Positions 39,803-53,620 of a stretch of 64,000 bases of DNA are shown here, piece after piece. The notes below the pieces were generated by a model that saw only the letters and a list, made by a program, of their open reading frames with translations, was not told the DNA's origin and searched no databases. This DNA is from Octopus vulgaris (taxonomy: Eukaryota): the NCBI GenBank assembly GCA_951406725.2, contig OX597815.1, positions 139,624,001 to 139,688,000 on the forward strand, given 5' to 3'. The translations under genes were made by a program, and so were the position numbers. How positions within the stretch are numbered: position 1 is the stretch's first letter; every line of letters starts with the position of its first letter.

Positions 39803-41399
39803 GCAAGATAAGGTAAGTTAAATGTCAAACTCTCCTCCACCTGCTGTCTCACTTAACTTAATGGCTGCACTAATTACCATCTCAGACACTCATCTCCTTG
39901 AAAGAGAAAGCAGTTTAATTTATTGCTGAGATAAACCAGAAGCATTTACCATACAACCAACCTCTGTTTTACCACTTCCATATCGTTATCACTTCTATTT
40001 GTCACAAATATATAAAACAATAAAAGAAACTCCACATCTATTTTTCTCCTCTTTCTCATTAAACTACTGATTGCTTACAATTTACTAACCTTCCAATGTA
40101 TATTTTAGAGAGTTTAGAGAAGAGTATATATATTTTTACGACCGTTTTACTAAATAGGTCTTTCCACCTTAAACTTGCTTTTTTTCCTCGTTTTCTTTCT
40201 TTAAAATAGTAACATACATCAACAAATTTATATACTAACAGACATATCACTCTCTGGGAAGTTTCTGTGCGTGTGTGTGTGGACAAACGAAAGAAAAGGG
40301 TACTTAACATATTTGGTAGAAAGTACATAAATTAATAATTTCAAATTTTGGCTCAAGGCCTGCAGTTACGGGTGAGGGGGTAATCCCAATGCTCAACTGG
40401 TACTTATTTTATCAACCTCAAGTTATGCTTTCGAGTCATACCGACTTATAAGAGCCAGTTTCCCGGTTTCGTGGCTGTCCGTTGCAAAATTTTTCATTTT
40501 GCCAGCTGAGTGGACTGGAGCAACGTGAAATGAAGTGTTTTGCTCAAGAACACAACGCATCGCCCAGTTCAGGAATCAAAATCACAATCGTACGATCATG
40601 CGTCCAGCACCCTAACCACCAAGCCACGCTCCTCCATTTTATCGACCCCGAAAAGATGAAAAGCAAAGACGGTCTCGATGGAATTTGAGAAGTTACATAC
40701 ATTGTTAGTTAAAACAGCTTGATTCGGCTCTATACGACTTCATGTTCCGCAGATTTTTAACAGAATCCCGGCTCGTTCAGGCTCAGATTATCGTTTGGAG
40801 GAATCACAGTGGTATTTGCGTTTGAGGGGATACTTAGGGAATTATGATAGGAGGTGGAAGGAAGGACTGGAGATGATCAATACGTACTGAACATCATTCG
40901 CTCTCTGAGGAGCACAAGGCTGCCACTGAACCGTATTTGTTGCAATTTTTATGGCAAGCTGATATTTTACGGGACGCAGTAAATAGCTAGCTAAACACTA
41001 ATCTGGAGAGCAAGTGGCTGCTTTTCGTCTCGCCTCTTCACTGAACCTTGACAAGCTTGTTGCACCTAGTTTGTGCATAGTTCACTTCGCCACTAGGATC
41101 CCCCTTTATCATACTTTCTTCCTGTCATCAAACTCTATGGCTAGAAAACTATAACTATATATAAATGTGTTGATCTCGTTAATGTCTAAGTCACAAGTTA
41201 ACTGAAGATCATGTGTATTTGCAGGTGAAACTCGGAGTAGTAAGAGACTGACATGACCAAATTGAAATAGCATTAATATCTACCATGGTGCTGAGTACTC
41301 TTTTTTGCGACAATTGAGATACATACATACATACATACATACATACATACATACATACATACATACATACATACATACATAAATGATGTAGAGGCTCGA

Positions 41400-42248
41400 G
41401 ATCAGTGCAAACAGCCTTCGAATGTCGTATAGCACTTGTTAAACAACAGCAGCAAAAATGAATACACTAACTTAGTAATGAAAAGCGAAGTGAACAATAG
41501 CTGTCATGTCAGCAGCGGGCTTATCGGGAAGCACTCTCTTCCTGATGACGTTCCACACAATCCCAAAACAACCGGAGTAACACACCTCAAAGAGAACCTG
41601 GATGTGAAACGCTCAGCACACCACCAAAAAAAAAGAACATGCATGGGTACGTTTCCGAAGACTTGGAGACAGTAATATTGACGTGATTCGTAACCGCTAC
41701 ATCACATTACACTTCAAAGGCTATGCATTTGCAATCGAAAAACAAGAGATTGCTACTAAATACCTAACAGACAAAAGAGACAGTTAAGTTATTAGAGTTC
41801 CATGATGCAATCGAAAGTGTAGATTATGTCATATTTCTGTGCGAAACATCATATATGTGATTAACAGCTGCCCAAAGATGTCTTCCCTATGCGACATAAC
41901 GTTGTCGCAAAAATAATATTCAATGTCATTCGGAAAAAAAGACTGCTCTGTAATATATATATAGAGAGAATATCCTAGTTATTGAATATGTGCACAAAGA
42001 TCAACACAAGGAATGCCAGTGGAACATTCCTGTCAAAACATCTGTCAAGTGTAAACGTAAAATGCCGGGTATTGATATTTGGGTCAGACAATAAAAGTGT
42101 GTACCACCATAGAGGTCAGCGGTCCTGCTGACGTGAATATCTCTGAAAGTCAAAGAGAAAGAGGGTAAATATCGACAACTGATTCGAAACTTCCAGCTTC
42201 TATACCCGGATTACAAGTTTACGTTTATACGAACAATAATTAGAGTAC
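41400..42248 (+). mobile_element. Decayed R4/Dong-like non-LTR element, C-terminal zinc knuckle and restriction-like endonuclease
   Basis: GYAFAIEKQEIATKYL, KCRLCH...SCPKM, MRHNVVAK, IEVSGPAD and KEKEGKYRQL; cut at 42249 by the Penelope insertion. Confidence 0.75.
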
Positions 42249-43887
42249 AGTTCTATATTTAAGAGATGAGGAATTATGTACATTATTTACATTGTTTACA
42301 TTCGGCGGATATTTGTCCAGCGACAAGGGAAATGCTATAGTGGTGATGAACAAGTCTGACTACTCTGAAAAATTGGCAAGTCTTATAAGTGATGGTAGCT
42401 ACAGCAAAGAAAAGAAAGACCCAACTCTGAAAACAGAAAGGAAGTTGTCACAGATCTTGATCAAGAACAAGGATCACTTTACACCAATGAAGTACAGACA
42501 ACTGACTCAACACCACAGTAAACTACCAAACATATACGGCCTCCCTAAGATTCACAAGGATGGTATTCCATTAAGACATATAGTGAGCTGTAGAGGTTCA
42601 GTATATCATCCACTGAGCTGCTTCCTTGTGGATATTATCAGTCCATTGGCAGGGAAGTCAACATTGTACGTGAAGAATTCCACCCACTTCCCACAATTGA
42701 TTCCAACAAAATGGTGAGTGTAGATGTGATAAGTTTGTTCACCAAAGTCCCAACTGGTGAAGCACTATTGGTGAAACAAGAAAAACTAGTGACAGACACC
42801 CATCTAAAAGAACACACTAGTTTGCCAATAAGAAACTTGATGGAAATGTTGACCTTCTGTGTAAAAACTACCTACTTCAGTATGGACACTGATATATATC
42901 GACAAGAGGAGGGTTTTATCTATGGGTTCACCATTATCACCGGTAATATCCAATATATACATGGAATACTTTGAGAATTTGGCTTTAGGATCAACACCAC
43001 AATCTGTTTAAGCAACAACTACCCCAAAATTATGAAGAAGAGAGAGAATGAGGCCAATAAACTGTCCATAGTATGTCTACCCTATGTGGAAGGCCTCTCT
43101 GAAAAAATATAAAGCATATGCGGCCCATATGACATCAGGACAGTATTCAAGAGTAATACAACACTTCGCAAATATCTCTTTCGAGTAAAACCACCAATAG
43201 AAGAGAATATAACCAAAGACTGCGTGTACTCCATCCCGTGCAGCTGTGGTAAGTTATACAAAGGCGAAACATGTCGCCCCTCAAAATAAGGGTAGAGGAA
43301 CATCGCAAAACTGTGAAACAATGAGATATTGATAAATCGGGTATTGCTGATCATGTATGGAAAAATGGAGACCACCTCCCCCTGTGGGATGAAGTTAAAA
43401 TAATAGACAGAGAACACCACTGGAAAATAAGATGACTAAAAGAAGCAGCACATATGCTAGGACGAAACAACCTCCTAAGCAGACCGAGTGCAGATATGAG
43501 CAGCATATGGGAACCGGTATTAAAGAAGGATAGAAAAATATTAGATTTATAAGCCTTAAAATTTACTCCTTAATTGCCCATGGGCAAATGGCGTAGTGGT
43601 TAAGAGCGCGGGCTACTAACCCCAAGATTCTGAGTCCGATTTCTGAACAACAACAATAATAACAACAACAACAACAACAACATCTGTTGAAGAAGGCTGG
43701 AGTGGATAATATACTTTTGGGGTAGTTGTTGCTTAACAGATCGTTATTGAGTGTTATCATTTCTTCGTGGTGTGTATCACGATCGCTACTTATATTCATC
43801 CTGAAGAAGGCTGGAGGCTATATCAGCCGAAATGTTGTGTTAACAACAAACAAGTTGAGGACAAATATCCTTCGAATGTAAATAATT
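42249..43887 (+). mobile_element. Penelope/Poseidon-type retroelement, rearranged RT plus GIY-YIG pseudogene
   Basis: SDKGNAIVVM, YGLPKIHKDGIPLRHIVS, MVSVDVISLFTKVP, MGSPLSPVISNIYMEYFE and CVYSIPCSCGKLYKGET motifs. Inverted partial pLTR at 42249-42318; 3' pLTR with HHR at 43797-43841; YVDD region deleted. Confidence 0.93.
43582..43645 (+). promoter_or_regulatory. tRNA-like Pol III cassette inside the Penelope 3' region (second copy 33020-33084 minus)
   Basis: TGGCGTAGTGG box A, GGG-CTACTAA-CCC anticodon-like arm, GAGTCCGAT/GAGTTCGAG box B-like sequence. Confidence 0.65.
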
Positions 43888-45266
43888 GGAGTATTTGTTT
43901 TCTGAATAAATGCCTAACAGTCTGGATGAGCTTGGATTTTCAGAAAAAAAATCAACCAACTGACACCTACATAACATATACAATCTGTAAGTGAAACAGT
44001 AAAAATATGCAAGACTTTTCTCAAGTTTAATATGCATCATTGTTCTCGTTATCGTCATTCCGACGATGGTGTTTTATATCTTTTCTTACCAACAAGCTCC
44101 TTTCTCGGAGGAAGAATTTAAATACTAATAATGATTATAATAATAATCCAAAGGAGAAGAAAACACACACACACACACACACGTATGTATGTATTATGTT
44201 ATGAAGAATCGAAGTAGTTATTTTATAATTATAACTCTTCGAATGATGAGTGAGTGAAGCATGCCACCTCAATAACATTGAAGTCGACCAGTTAAAGCAG
44301 AGCACGGGGCGGACTTATATCATTAATTTATGCACTGTAAGCAACAGCATACTACTGTGCCTAGAGTTCCCATGCCTAAAAACGATACTGACTGTCACAA
44401 AACAAACAAACAACGTAGAATTCGTGTTAAAGATCTAGGATAAAAGCTCTATGTATATAAATATATATTTAACACGAAGGCGAGTGCGTGTTGTTTTAAT
44501 TTATATTCCATTGAAGCATATCTGTCTTGAAGTGTTCCATGAAATTGCTAAATACAATTTCAAAGCCCTGACACTCATCTAGAAATGAAACGGAATTGAC
44601 GACAGGAGCTATTCCGCACGAAGCACTTGTGAGAAAAGCTCTTGTTAATATCGGAAACATGCAGTGTTTCAACAAGTTGTTCTCTTCTCTCATTACTCGG
44701 ACTTCTAAGAGTAGGATAGGTCAGATAGCTTCATGTTATGTAACGTGAACATAACTAGCAGTTTTCGTGTGACCTTCAACCAAATCAGAAGAGAGAACAA
44801 AACAGACGCTTAGAGACCGGCTTGAAAATATTATCCCTTTGCAGACTAATTTGAGGCCTCTAAATTGCTCAATTTGTTTAATAAGTTTATAAATTATATT
44901 ACAAATAAACAATTGAGTGGAATATAACGTTTGTGCACAGAGTCGTATTAGTCGTGAACAAACATCTTAATTCATAAAACAAAATACAAAATACACAAAT
45001 GTATATGTATATTTGTATGTATTTATAAAGTGTGTTTAGTTTTTTGTGAGAAAGAAGACAAGGCCAATTTTTCTGGTAGTGGGTGGCTCGGAGCTTTTCT
45101 CCGATAAAACATCCTGCTCAAAGCATCAGATCATTATTTTTTTCTCACAGCAAACTGAACTGGTTGAACTTATTCCACTTTGTGAACTTTACGTAAATAT
45201 GATGTAATTACACACATACACACGCCCAAGCGCACACAGGCGCATACAGATGCACACGCATACACA

Positions 45267-45324
<58 letters not shown>

Positions 45325-46088
45325 ACACATAATGGTATAATAATTGCATAACATAACACACTGAATCGTTTAGCATCAAATTTACGTAAGTTTGATTGGT
45401 TAACTGCATAAGAATTTTTTATTATTTTTTTTCAATTTTCATTTTTGAACAAACAAAAAAACTGGCGAAATGTGACGCAGAACTAAACATTGATTTGATT
45501 TGATATGAATAAAGAGAAACTGGAAGCTTCAGTTTCCATGCTGAGTTAAATGACAGTAGACAATATTATATGTTTGTTTACAAACAGTCAATGCCAAACC
45601 AGTCAAATACATTCACGTTATTGTCGCCATTTCAATGTATTAAAGACTATTAAAGTTCAGATTCGGGCATAATTTTATCTTGTTTTTAATTTTATAATAA
45701 ACTTTTTTCAGTATGTAGGTAAAAATTTGTAAACAACGTTGAATCAAGCAGAGAATGGATGCCATTTTGTTGTTTTCTTCATGAACTATATTAACATTTA
45801 AATATTTATCCGCACGATCCTAGTTCTTTTTATTACGCCATTTGGATGGTGTGAAAGCCATTGCTAGTACGTATAAAATTCACTAACCTTAAGTAATTGA
45901 AGAATATCAAATATGATAGAAAGAAAAAAACAATAGCTCTATGTCAACGACGATACCATTAAATAAAAAAGAAAGGATAACTTAGGTACGGTGGAACATA
46001 AAGAGCGCGTATACGAAACACTGTAAATTTTAAAATAATCACATCTCAGTCTTCTTTTATCATACATATGTGTGCGTATGTATATATA

Positions 46089-46119
<31 letters not shown>

Positions 46120-46173
46120 GTGCATGGGTGCATGTGTGTGCATGCGTGTATGTGTATATGTATGTGTATATGT

Positions 46174-46402
46174 AGGCGGCGAGCTGGCAGAAACGTTAGC
46201 ACGCCGGGTGAAATGCTTAGCAGTATTTCGTCTGCCGTTACGTTCTGAGTTCAAATTGCGCCGAGGTCGACTTTGCCTTTCATCCTTTCGGGGTCGATTA
46301 AATAAGTACCAGTTACGGACTGGGGTCGATATAATAGACTTAATCCGTTTGTCTGTCCCTGTTTGTCCTCTCTGCGTTTAGCCCCTTGTGGGTAGTAAAG
46401 AA

Positions 46403-46403
<1 letters not shown>
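46174..46403 (+). mobile_element. Family B SINE, alternative-tail subfamily (near-identical copy 60185-60419 minus)
   Basis: Same head and core as 22409, but tail TTAATCCGTTTGTCTGTCC...CCTTGTGGGTAGTAAAGAAA. Confidence 0.88.
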
Positions 46404-46445
<42 letters not shown>

Positions 46446-46642
46446 TGTGTACAACCTGAACATTGCATGAAGGCACCAGACGTGTAATAAAATGGTGTCT
46501 GTGTCGTTTTCATTGCATGAAATTATTAGTTGCTTATAAAAATATATACTGTGTTGATTAAAAAATATTTATCTCTCACCAGATAGAGTGCTTTTTTTGA
46601 GCTTACCGTGACAGAACAATATACCAAGCATGTATGTATGTC

Positions 46643-46707
<65 letters not shown>

Positions 46708-47586
46708 ACATACATACATACATACATACATACATACATACATACATACATACATACATACATACATACATACATACGTATGTATGTATGTATGGATGTG
46801 TAACATAGTTACATTACGTTACTACAAATAACTTTTTATCGCCTACTCTGCGAATTCGGTCAATTGCACACTCCAGTTCAAAGAAAAGGAGGATCAAAGC
46901 TCCTTCCCGCGGCATAGATTCATGAACCCAGTTTTTCCCGTATTCTGTGGCGTATGTATTCCCCACTGGACTAGACGCGACATTTCTTTCCTACGAGAGT
47001 TCCGGACCCCAGTTATGAATGCATTTGCATACAACCAATCAGCGCTCAACTATCAAACTAATTTATGAGCACATAACAAGTGATGGGCGATGAAGTAATG
47101 TCACTTGGGTAAGGAATGACCATGCTTCTTTTCTCTTTTAAGGATACTTGTCTTGTTTCAACCGTGGCTGCCTCTGCGTAGTTATTTGTGTTGTTTACTG
47201 AGTAAAACAGTAAGAGGAGAGGTTTGCTAGCACTTCACCCTCTACCCACATTTTTCCCATCCATATCTTTAGTATATGGGGCCCTAACAAGATCCGATGA
47301 TAGGTATAGGTGCAAAGCTATCTAATTACTTCTCTCTTTCTAAAATCAGGCATAACTTGGCGATCTGTTGTGGAGCGTGTTTGCTGACAAGGTCAGGGTG
47401 AGCTTTGATTGAATGGACTGGAAAAAACGTGAAATAAAGTGTTTTGCTTAGGAATACAGCACATCGCCTGGCCCAAGAATCGAAACCACAATCTTACGAT
47501 CATATGTACAACTCAACCACTAGATCAACCGCCTCCGCGCATATTCCAGTTCCGAGACTGTACATGTGTGTATACATCTATGTATA

Positions 47587-47622
<36 letters not shown>

Positions 47623-47778
47623 TAAATTAGAGATAAATCAAACAATGAAAAACATAAGCCAATACATAAAATTAATTAATCTCTAATTTAATATAATATA
47701 ATATTTTACTATAAAATTGGATTTAATCCTAAATCTGATTTTTCCCTGTAAGTTTGGATTTATTCCCTAATATTTTAT

Positions 47779-47834
<56 letters not shown>

Positions 47835-47850
47835 CACATAAACACACACA

Positions 47851-48231
47851 CAATAGAACTACGTTGTACGATCGCCCCATTGTACGATTAATTTACTGTA
47901 CGAGCCGAGGTCGTGCGAATTTTTGTCTTGACGTACGAGCGGAAATCCGCAGTGCTGGCTCACATATCGTCCCATTCTTAAGGTAATTCAGTTAATAAAA
48001 CCAGTTTACATAATTCTTTTGCATTCCCTCTTTTCATAATTGTCATTTTACTTGTAACCACACCTTTTCTGTTATAAAACCCATATAAAAAATTATTTTT
48101 GAGTGGTTTCAGTGGGCTGGAACGGATTAATTATATTTTTTAGTTAATTTCAATGGGGAAAATTGATTTATAAAACGAGTAAATCGTGAGACGTGCTCGG
48201 TCATGGAATGAATTAAACTCGTACTGCAAGG

Positions 48232-48237
<6 letters not shown>
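47851..48237. mobile_element. Tigger/pogo-like MITE, degenerate
   Basis: Ends CAATAGAACTACGTTGTACGA and CTCGTACTGCAAGGTATAC; subterminal GTACGA repeats. Confidence 0.5.
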
Positions 48238-48269
<32 letters not shown>

Positions 48270-48331
48270 TATATATATATTATAAATACATAATATATAT
48301 GTGTGTATGTGTGTTTGTGTGTATGTGTAGA

Positions 48332-48369
<38 letters not shown>

Positions 48370-48489
48370 CACACAAACACACATACACAAGGATTTTTGT
48401 CTTATTATTTGGATTATAAATATATAATATATATATATATATGTGTGTATGTCTGTATGTGTATATATATATATATGTAAACACATACA

Positions 48490-48536
<47 letters not shown>

Positions 48537-48628
48537 ACACATACAGACACACATATATATATATATTATATATTTATAATCCAAATAATAAGACAAAAAT
48601 CCTTGATCACATCTTTAATGATCTTTAT

Positions 48629-48686
<58 letters not shown>

Positions 48687-50579
48687 TACCCACCTTCGAT
48701 CATGAATATTCAAGGGATTGCACCTAAAAAGTTACCCTCCGAGGCACATATCCGAGCAAGATTGTTTGTAGAAGACCAGCAGTCGGCCATGCATACTAGT
48801 CTCCCCCTCTCCACGCCACCGATATTACCCAAGGGAAAGGAAAATACTTGGTACCAGTGACGTCACCACTCGTTTCTATAACTGGGTGAACTGGACCAAC
48901 GTGAAACAAAGTATCTTACTCGCACAACACACAGCCCGGTCTGAGAATCGAACTCACAACCTCATGAATGTGAGCCCCACGCTCTAACCATATATGAACA
49001 TATGCATGTATATATATAGTAATATAAAGTTGTAAAGTATATTTGTTTCAAATTTTGACGCTAAACCTAAAAATTGTAAACTGCATTAAAGAAATATATT
49101 TAACTTGGTGCAAACACAATCTGATATATAACTCAATATTTGATCGGAGCGGTTAGATCTGCTATAATAATACTCCTGTGTTTTTCTCCGTCACATCATA
49201 TGAATGAGAACGGAAAGGGTGATAAATGAGGAAGGAAGGAAGGAAGGAAGGAAGGAAGGAAGGAAGGAAGAAAGGAAGGAAGGAAGGGGTGATGGCACAC
49301 TGGTAGTGGGAAGATGGAAATTCTACGGTGAAAATATCAGCGTTTTGACTCTGTGTGAATATATGTGTTTGTGTATGTAAAAGGGAGGTATGTGAATGTT
49401 TGTGTGTGTGTATGTGTGTGTGTGCAATGGAAGTGAGATGATGAACATTGAAAATAAAAATCAAACCGCGTTTCAACTCTGTGTGAGTATATGTGTGAAT
49501 GAGTGTGCGTGTACAAGGGAAAGTGTGTGAACGTTTATCAGTGCGAACCAGCATCCTTTCAGTAACAAACGATGATCGATGACACATCTCAAAATACAAC
49601 CACGAGATAACATTCAGAAGTGTATAAATTTGAAGTACCATCCATATTCTATCTTTTGAGCTTATTTATATATAAAATACTACAATTAGCCGTCATTTTT
49701 TGACGGCACAGGACCAGCTAGTATATTTCTAATAACAAAAGCTGACCATTTACTTTGAGTTTCACTGGGTTGTTTGCAACTTTGGGGTAGACAAAACGTT
49801 TGCAGTTCGTATAAGTATGGGTTGACTTTAGATGTGTCTACAAAGGTAAGGGGATAAATGTCATTTAATACTAAGAATTGTATATGTAAGTTATTGTTAA
49901 GGTGTGTGTACGTATGGACAGATGGAGACACACGTGTTTCTCTTCTATTTGTACAGCACTATCTTGTGTCATATTTGAAATTTTTTAGAGGAGGCTAAAC
50001 TTTGAGGAATGTTGCTTGTTCTTGTTCAAAGGGCGTATTTCTGTTATTATTGTGCTCTGATGTATATATTTAAGGTGACAGTGTTGCAGTGTTCCATTGA
50101 ATCTTATGTCTATAGTTAAGGTGACAGTGTGTCCTGAAAGATGAACTGAGAAAGAAAAAATAATAAAGAAATAGAAAATGAAAATGTAAGATCTAATTTT
50201 TGTAAATGTGTAAATATGTGGATATATAAATAAATACCATAATGAAGGTGCATGGCTCAGTGGTTAGAGAGTTCGATTCCTGGACTGGTCTTTGTGTTGC
50301 ACCATCACTGCTGCCAAGCTATATTGACCTTTGCCTTTCTCTTGGATAACATCGGTGGCTTGGAGAGGGGAGGCTGGTATGCATGGTTGACTGCTGGTCT
50401 TCCGCAAACTCGGATTTGTGCCTCGGAGGGTATCTTTTTAGGTGCAATCCCATGGTCATTCATGACCGAAAGGGGGTCTTTACCATTATTAATTGCATAA
50501 ATATAATTATCCATCCTCTGTACAGATGATAATTTATAAATATGAAACGTGTGTATAGATGATAATTAAAAAAAGAATA

Positions 50580-50820
50580 TAAACACTTCGCCCAGGTACA
50601 GTATCAGATGCATAACTTGAAATGGATTTGAACCGATATACTATGCTTTGCTTTGAACATTGAAGAACTTCCTCTTTCGTTAGAGGAAAAAAATCTGAGC
50701 AACTTTTCCAGCAGACGGAAAGGAAAGGGAAAGAAGAATAACATAACCGAGTGAATGGTACCAAGTACAGGTAAATCGCTGGATTTCCAGGAACCCGACC
50801 CAACTCAACCCCTCTTCATT
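50580..50820 (-). mobile_element. Possible decayed PLE GIY-YIG fragment
   Basis: Minus peptide KEEVLQCSKQSIVYRFKS resembles the SNxVYKFxC start of PLE endonucleases. Confidence 0.4.
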
Positions 50821-51711
50821 ACTAAAGATGTAAGTATTAAGACTGACACATACATACATACATACATACATACATACATACATACATACATACGTACATA
50901 CATACATACATACATACATACATACATACATACATACGTGTGTAACTATTATCATCGTCTTCCTCTTCATCATCATTATCATCATCATCATCATAATCAT
51001 CATCGCCATCATTAAACAAATACAGACGTTGTTCAAGAGCGTATAGAGTTTCGTTCTAAAGCACTTATCAAACTCCTCCAATATTCTTAACTAATAAAAG
51101 ATTACATGCACACTGCTTTGCGTATTAAATTCTCTTTCTCCTGTTTGTAAAAACCAAGCGTATGTGTATGTGTGTATCAAATGATATATAAGTGCAGTTA
51201 ATACGAAGCGACACTTGAAAATAAAGCCAGGCTACATAAAAAAGTACATATATAATATTCTTTCTCTGAACACAATCCTCTTTCTAACTGCCAGACATTC
51301 ATAAAAGTGTATGAACGAGATGCTTTCGTCAGTAGACTACAAAGTGAAATGTATGAATGTGATTATTGCCACACTTTATATAAACATTCTCATATACTCT
51401 CTTCTTTGAACGTCTGACTGCTAGAAAATGTGTCCGGCGATAGTCTATGTATATATTTCAATAAATAGCCTCACTTTATTTCTAAGTATCTCATCATTAT
51501 GGCTACACTTATATACATATGCATATAATGACATATGTATGTATATATATATATATATATATATATACTGTTGTGTCTGGGGAGAGTCATTTTCTTTATG
51601 TGCCTTATAATGTAATACACTCACCGGTAAAATTTCCACTTATTTCTTATTTTTATTTTCCTTAAATTTTCGTTGCGTCTTGCAACCTTTTCAATAGTCT
51701 TGACTCAATAC

Positions 51712-51764
<53 letters not shown>

Positions 51765-51769
51765 ATATA

Positions 51770-52088
51770 TTGATAGAAATGGCAAGGCGACAAAAGAATG
51801 AAAGAGACCTGGATATTATGTAAATAGAGGAATTTATCTGTAAATATAATATGTGACAATTATTCGGTAGCCATGATAAAACTCCGAGTTTCGGATGTCG
51901 GGGCGGAAACCCACAGCGGCATCTCTTCATTTATCCGGCCATCGTAAGAACAAAAAAACGTTGTTCAAGAATGTATAGAGTTTCGTTTATTTTTCGATGG
52001 CCCGATAACTGAAGAGATCCCGGCGTGGGTTACCGCCCCGGCATCCAAAGCTCGGAGTTTTATCATGGCTACCGAATAATTGTCACAT
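51770..52088. mobile_element. PLE-derived inverted pLTR pair (51851-51944 and 51995-52088) with HHRs
   Basis: About 94 bp imperfect inverted repeat. The consensus of the arms is a complete HHR. Flanked by (TA)n. Confidence 0.72.
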
Positions 52089-52105
52089 CAGATATATATA
52101 TATAC

Positions 52106-52153
<48 letters not shown>

Positions 52154-52172
52154 GTATGTCTGTACGTATATA

Positions 52173-52445
52173 TCTATATATATAAAACTGAGAATGTGTG
52201 TCTGTCTGTCTGTGTGAACCCCTAAAACTTGAGAACTACACAACCAATTTCATTCAAATTTTACACATGCCTTACTTAGGGTCCATGTAGTGTCATGGGC
52301 AAAAAGTGTGACGCCCCACACGGGACAGTGCTATTCGCGTTTATAGCCCCAGGAAGAAAAGGAAGATATGTATTTCTGGGGCTATAAACGCCAGTAGCAC
52401 TGCCCCATATACGACGCCACACTTTGTTGGCAATTATGCAATGAA
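52173..52445 (+). mobile_element. Helitron-like 5' fragment containing a palindromic insert
   Basis: TCTATATATATAAAACTGAGAATGTGTGTCTGTCTG start; hairpin at 52303-52425. Confidence 0.5.
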
Positions 52446-52446
52446 T

Positions 52447-52529
<83 letters not shown>

Positions 52530-52530
<1 letters not shown>

Positions 52531-52835
52531 GACCCCCCTTCGGTCACGACACAGACCATTGGATTGCACCTAGAAAGTTACCCTCCCAGGCACAAGTCCG
52601 GGCAAGACTATGCATACCGACCTCCCCTCTCCAAGCCACCAGTGTTATCCAAGGGAAAGGCAAAGGCCGATACAGCTTGGTACCTGTGACGTCGCAACTC
52701 ATTTCTACAGCTGAGTGAACTGAGTGAAATAAAGTGTCTTGCTCAAGAACACAACACGCAGCCCGGTCCGGGATTCGAGCTCACAACCTCACGATCGTAA
52801 GCTCGACGCTGTAACCACTGAGCCATGCGCCTTCA
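52530..52835 (-). mobile_element. Family C SINE, full length with long tail
   Basis: Head GAAGGCGCATGGCTCAGTGGTTACAGCG...GAGCTCGAATCCCG; tail shared with 48688-48990 and 50243-50481. Confidence 0.85.
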
Positions 52836-52850
52836 CTATATATATATATA

Positions 52851-53012
52851 GGCGCAGGAGTGGCTGTGTGGTAAGTAGCTTGTTTACCAACCACATGGTT
52901 CCGGGTTCAGTCCCACTGCGTGGCACCTTGGGCAAGTGTCTTCTACTATAGCTTCGGGCTGACCAAAGCCTTGTGAGTGGATTTGGTAGACGGAAACTGA
53001 AAGAAGCTCGTC

Positions 53013-53061
<49 letters not shown>

Positions 53062-53250
53062 TGTGTGTGTTTGTGTGTCTGTATTTGTCCCCCTAGCATT
53101 GCTTGACAACCGATGCTGGTGTGTTTACGTCCCCGTTACTTAGCGGTTCGGCAAAAGAGACCGATAGAATAAGTACTGGGCTTACAAAAGAATAAGTCCC
53201 GGGGTCAAGTTGCTCGATTAAAGGCGGTGCTCCAGCATGGCCGCAGTCAA
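52851..53250 (+). mobile_element. Family A SINE, near-consensus
   Basis: As 28582-28984, with internal (TA)n(TG)n. Confidence 0.9.
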
Positions 53251-53259
53251 AAAAAATAT

Positions 53260-53326
<67 letters not shown>

Positions 53327-53620
53327 TAACATGGATGTATTCTGTTCGCCATAGCATACCCCATCAGGTAATCTAAGGAAATATCTTTTGTTCTCTCTGC
53401 ACGTGATATGTTGATTCTAAAAAGAGCTCACCATTGTATTAAGATGGGGATATATTTGAAACATGCGTTCACGGTTTTCCCTGTCATTGTGCTTCGTGAA
53501 TGCGGATACGTGTCTCTGTGCTTGTTTAAAGTGTCTAAAGTCCATGTGCATGTGCGTGTGCTTATAAAAACGTATTCATTACGTTAGTCCACTTCTTTGG
53601 GACCATCTGAGACTTATACA

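Noticed and set aside
43582-43645. Genuine tRNA-Ser(ACT) gene
   Set aside because: Acceptor and T arms are incomplete and it is embedded in a retroelement; treated as a tRNA-derived cassette.
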